Positions 60,224 through 64,000 of a stretch of DNA of 64,000 nt are shown here, piece by piece. Position numbers and translations under genes: made by a program. The stretch's first letter is position 1. Each line of letters starts with the position of its first letter. The DNA lies in contig CAYNMD010000001.1 in NCBI GenBank assembly GCA_964398485.1, forward strand, positions 5,072-69,071. The letters run 5' to 3'. The notes under the pieces are model-generated. The model saw only the letters and a list, made by a program, of their open reading frames with translations, had not been told where the DNA came from and searched no databases. The DNA comes from an uncultured Bdellovibrionales bacterium (GTDB lineage: Bacteria; Patescibacteriota; Minisyncoccia; Moranbacterales; UBA1568).

Positions 60224-61597
60224 ATGAGATTTTTTGTTACTGATACCAAACCTGTTGATGTTGTGGTACAACTCGTCTCCGGTTCAGCCGAGTACTTTAT
60301 CCGGGAAGGCAAACAACTTACGCTCGTGCTTGGTTTTGGGGAAAAAGACAAGCTTACTTTGAGAGTCCTGCGCTTGTTGGTTCGTAAGGCGGTACAGAGT
60401 ATCAAGCAGAAACAGTGTCGAGAGGTAGGATTTGTTCTCCCTGAGTGGCAGATCGGTCCATTTTCAATGAATGAAGAAGAGTTGGGGGAGATGTTGGTAG
60501 TCAACGTACTTTTGGCAAACTACGCATTTCATTCTTATAAAACTCCTCCAAAAGAAGGATTCCCTTCTCTCGAGAAGGTGTATTTTTTCGGTGCTCAGAA
60601 CAAGAAAGTTTTTATTGACGTAATCAAAAAAGCCCAGATTATTGGTGAGGAGGTTAATAGGGCCCGATCGATCGCCAATGAGCCAGCAGGCAACATGACA
60701 CCCGAACACTTGGTGCACCATGCCAAGCGTTGTCTTGAAAAACTCCCTATCAGAGTAACGGTATTTGATGAGAAACGACTGATCAAGGAAAATATGGCGG
60801 GAATACTTGCTGTGGGTAAGGGATCAGAGGCCAAGCCTCGTTTTATTGTTGCCGAATATCGCCAGGGTAAAAAAACAGAGGCGCCTATCGTACTTATCGG
60901 TAAGGGGGTAACGTTTGATTCTGGTGGTATCAATCTCAAGCCTTCCGATGCTATTTTGGGGATGAACATGGATATGTCTGGGGCTGCCACTGCTCTCCAT
61001 GTTCTCTCTGCAGTTGCTCGACTCAAAATAAAGAAGAATATTATCGTTCTTATTCCAGCAGTAGAGAATATGATCTCTGGGCGCAGTTATCGTCCTGGAG
61101 ATATTATTCGCACGGCGTCTGGCAAGACTATCGAAGTGCAGAATACTGATGCTGAGGGACGAATTATTCTTGCTGATGCTCTTCATTATGCAAAGCGTTA
61201 TAAGCCGGGCTTAGTTATTGATGTAGCTACACTGACTGGTGCAGCTATGGTTGCATTGGGGGAGCGAGCTGCAGCACTTTTTACTGAGGATGAAAAACTT
61301 GAGAGTACCTTGCGTCATATTGGTATGTGGGTGGGCGACCCAGTTTGGCCGATGCCACTTTGGGATGAATACCTCGAAGATATTCGGGGGATTTATGCTG
61401 ATATTGGTAATGTAGGAACCACTCGATATGGTGGGGCGGTTACGGCAGCCATTTTTTTGAAACAGTTTGTTGATTATCCCTGGGTTCATCTCGATATCGC
61501 ACCGAGAATGACAGCGACCGCCAGTGAACAACTTGCAAAGGGATCTCTTGGTGCAGGCGTCCAACTTATAGTACGATTCTTGTCGGCTAAACAATAA
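60224..61597 (+). CDS. pepA: Leucyl aminopeptidase (M17)
   Basis: GKGVTFDSGG, DMSGA, NTDAEGR, ATLTGA. Confidence 0.94.
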   Translation: MRFFVTDTKPVDVVVQLVSGSAEYFIREGKQLTLVLGFGEKDKLTLRVLRLLVRKAVQSIKQKQCREVGFVLPEWQIGPFSMNEEELGEMLVVNVLLANYAFHSYKTPPKEGFPSLEKVYFFGAQNKKVFIDVIKKAQIIGEEVNRARSIANEPAGNMTPEHLVHHAKRCLEKLPIRVTVFDEKRLIKENMAGILAVGKGSEAKPRFIVAEYRQGKKTEAPIVLIGKGVTFDSGGINLKPSDAILGMNMDMSGAATALHVLSAVARLKIKKNIIVLIPAVENMISGRSYRPGDIIRTASGKTIEVQNTDAEGRIILADALHYAKRYKPGLVIDVATLTGAAMVALGERAAALFTEDEKLESTLRHIGMWVGDPVWPMPLWDEYLEDIRGIYADIGNVGTTRYGGAVTAAIFLKQFVDYPWVHLDIAPRMTATASEQLAKGSLGAGVQLIVRFLSAKQ

Positions 61598-61610
61598 ACC
61601 TGTAGGAGAT

Positions 61611-61790
61611 ATGTCTTCTCGATACTTGGATACTAAGGCTATTGAACGAGAGCTCGAATCTGCTTTGGAGGAATTTCAGATTGCTATACAGGAAATTGAG
61701 CAAAGAACGGGTGATTTAGAGCGAGACTTTATTCAAGCTCTTGAGGCAGAAAAAATTAAAACGGTAAAAAAGAAACTTGGAACGGTATGA
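61611..61790 (+). CDS. 59-aa coiled-coil protein (not in the ORF track)
   Basis: MSSRYLDTKAIERELES...KKLGTV*; ATGA overlap with the next gene. Confidence 0.6.
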   Translation: MSSRYLDTKAIERELESALEEFQIAIQEIEQRTGDLERDFIQALEAEKIKTVKKKLGTV

Positions 61791-63118
61791 GTCGCCTTGA
61801 AGATTTTTCTGAAGTAGCTTGTGATGAGGAAATAGAAAAGAATTTTTCATTGGAGCAAAGTCGATCCCTGAGTGTTTTGCAGAAGATTCTAGAAGAAATT
61901 GAGATTCTCCAGCAGGAAGGTAAGTCTCCTATAAAAAAAAGATTGGAAACAATAATAAGGGGGTTAGTATCTGACGAAGAAGTACAGAGAATTAAAGAAA
62001 AGATAGGCTATTTTGATCGATTGGCAGCAATAGAAAAACAAAGGGAAGGAGCTCAAATAAAACTCCGAGAGCGGATGCGTCGAGTGCTCCTTTCAGTGGT
62101 GACAGCTGCTACGCTTCAGGGTGTTCCGAGCAAGGCTGAGGTTACCCCGGCCACTGCCAAAGTGGTCGTGGCTAGTCAAAATTCTACAGAGGCGAGTGAG
62201 TCAGTCAGTCTTTCTGAAAAATTGCGTTCCCCAGAACTTACTCATCAAGATATTTTTGATACCCAGTCACCTCTTAATGTCACATCAAAAAAACTGAATA
62301 AAGAGTCTCTTTCTCCCGGAGAGTTGGTAATAGTGCATGAACTAGCTAAAAAAGTACGAATGAGTAAGGAGGAATGGGCGGTAGTTTTAGGTAAAAATAC
62401 GACTGGTCGTCTGACCTTTGAGTTATTTCGAGGTACCGAAGATGGTATATTTTTTTCTCTCGAGTCTATGAGGAAAATGGGTGTGACACGTTTTGATGTT
62501 GCGCACACACATCCTCTTTCAGCTGAAGATCTAGAGAGCCATGATCATGAGCTAGGTACCCACAAGCGTTTCCTTTATCCTCCGAGTGCAACTGATATCA
62601 GAACCTGTCTGGTGAATCAAAACCCCTTTAAAGTACACCGAGTAATTGATGCTAGTGGAATGTGGGAATATCAGTGTGATAGACAGAGTCCTCTTGTGGT
62701 TGAAACTGTAACCTCTTTGCAACGTTTAGGAGAAACCTTCGATCAGTTGAGTCAAGAACATAAGCTGACAACTAAAGAGAAACAACAGTTATTGAGAATA
62801 GTAGAAACTTTGTATACTAACTCATTTGCGGTAGTTGCTTTGGCCCAATACTTTACTGCTCTTGAGGAACGTTATCCTGGAATAGATGCGGCAGGGACAC
62901 GAGCTCTCAATGAGCATGCTGAACGAGTCAAAAAACTGTCTGTTGTCTTGATGTCCAATGACTTATACGTCGAGTGGATTAGGAGAAATATGAATAAGTG
63001 GACAGACAGTGAGTTAGCTACACGTCTGCAGTTCTTTGTGCAAGAGGTTGAAAAAAATGGAATATTTATGTCGTATACTCCTTTTAAAGAACTGCCAAAA
63101 CGAGAGGGGGAGAAATAA
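61787..63118 (+). CDS. Hypothetical protein with a JAB/MPN-like metal motif
   Basis: EEW...HTHP...PPSATD. Confidence 0.6.
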   Translation: MSRLEDFSEVACDEEIEKNFSLEQSRSLSVLQKILEEIEILQQEGKSPIKKRLETIIRGLVSDEEVQRIKEKIGYFDRLAAIEKQREGAQIKLRERMRRVLLSVVTAATLQGVPSKAEVTPATAKVVVASQNSTEASESVSLSEKLRSPELTHQDIFDTQSPLNVTSKKLNKESLSPGELVIVHELAKKVRMSKEEWAVVLGKNTTGRLTFELFRGTEDGIFFSLESMRKMGVTRFDVAHTHPLSAEDLESHDHELGTHKRFLYPPSATDIRTCLVNQNPFKVHRVIDASGMWEYQCDRQSPLVVETVTSLQRLGETFDQLSQEHKLTTKEKQQLLRIVETLYTNSFAVVALAQYFTALEERYPGIDAAGTRALNEHAERVKKLSVVLMSNDLYVEWIRRNMNKWTDSELATRLQFFVQEVEKNGIFMSYTPFKELPKREGEK

Positions 63119-63460
63119 GACGTAGATTAACTACTCTGCCTGGTTCTTGTCAGGATGGGTAGTTATGGTAGAATTAGTATGTCATCCTTCCACGTAAGTA
63201 TCCATCATCTTTGGTTTGACGCCCCTAGATTTTGGTCCATATCTTGTGGAAGGACCGACACTCGCGAGCAGGCCACGCAACGACGCGGCCGCTTTTTTAT
63301 TTACCGAAAGAACAAGTTTGTATTTTTTCTCTGGAGCACTCTTTTTATGGAAGGTGTTTTTTATTTTTTCTAGGAAGTTGTCTTGGAATTGGATGATAGA
63401 CGATCTCCATTCTTTCGGGAAAGAAACCCTTTGTTCAAGCCAATGTTGCGTTCTGTACGA

Positions 63461-63510
63461 GAGTGGTATAAAATGGTGATTAAGGACAGAAAAGTGGTGA
63501 AAAGTGGTGA
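63461..63510 (+). promoter_or_regulatory. MraZ operator boxes
   Basis: (G/A)TGGT repeats at about 10-nt phase, including AAAGTGGTGA twice, upstream of mraZ. Confidence 0.7.
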
Positions 63511-63567
63511 TTTTCACGTAAAAACTTTATCTGCCCGGCTTTCACTTCTCATTTCTCGAGGACGCTT

Positions 63568-64000
63568 ATGTTCATCGGTGAGTACCAACATTCCATCGAT
63601 CCCAAGAAGCGTCTCGCTCTTCCATCGAAGTTTCGAGGAGAGCTTGGGAGTCGAGTCATTGTTACTCGAGGCCTCGACGGTGCCCTTATTATTTATCCGA
63701 TGAAAGTGTGGGAAGAACTAGCTGCAAAACTTGGCAGTCTTCCTATCGGAGAAAATGGGAAACGTAGTTTTACGAGACTGATGCTTGCAGGGGCGAGTGA
63801 TGTCGAACTTGACGGACAAGGAAGAGTGCTTCTTCCTGAATACCTCAAGGAATCTGCGGGTCTCAAAAAAGAGGTGACGGTAGTTGGTCTCTATAACCGA
63901 TTGGAAATTTGGGACAGTGCTCAGTGGAAGCGATACAAACACCAAGCTGAAAAAAATACCGAAAAAATTGCCAACGAACTTGGGGCACTCGGTATTTATT
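63568..64000 (+). CDS. mraZ: Division/cell wall cluster repressor MraZ (runs to the window edge)
   Basis: MFIGEYQHSIDPKKRLALP, DGQGRVLLP, VVG...RLEIW. Confidence 0.95.
   Translation, partial: MFIGEYQHSIDPKKRLALPSKFRGELGSRVIVTRGLDGALIIYPMKVWEELAAKLGSLPIGENGKRSFTRLMLAGASDVELDGQGRVLLPEYLKESAGLKKEVTVVGLYNRLEIWDSAQWKRYKHQAEKNTEKIANELGALGIY

Noticed and set aside
63182-63703. ORFs upstream of mraZ on both strands
   Set aside because: No recognisable motifs, several conflicting frames, and overlap with the MraZ operator or mraZ itself.
1-64000. Alternative genetic code (UGA = Gly) or prophage
   Set aside because: Conserved genes are intact under code 11 and several end in TGA; no phage structural, integrase or terminase genes seen.

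Overview
Gene-dense chromosomal segment using the standard code (TGA = stop). The mostly Shine-Dalgarno (SD)-less core genes, type IV pilus cluster, dprA-topA pair and many single-TM orphans suggest a Patescibacteria/CPR (Parcubacteria-like) bacterium; this is inference, not verified. It carries many DNA repair genes (uvrB, two different uvrA, uvrC, xth, rarA, an MGMT-family gene, an alkylation repair protein), a pilC/minor pilin/pilMNO cluster, rlmN, miaB, pepA, bcp, the start of mraZ, five tRNAs and a candidate 6S-like RNA. Two signals stand out. (1) About nine scattered, self-contained orphan cassettes each have a sigma70-type promoter, a strong SD and an intrinsic terminator; some are very GC-rich and one encodes a PEP-CTERM protein. 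Most core genes lack an SD. (2) A small GIY-YIG nuclease gene is bracketed by direct repeats of the tRNA-Asp 5' end, and one repeat is split by a 37-nt palindrome. All calls come from reading the sequence; no searches were run.
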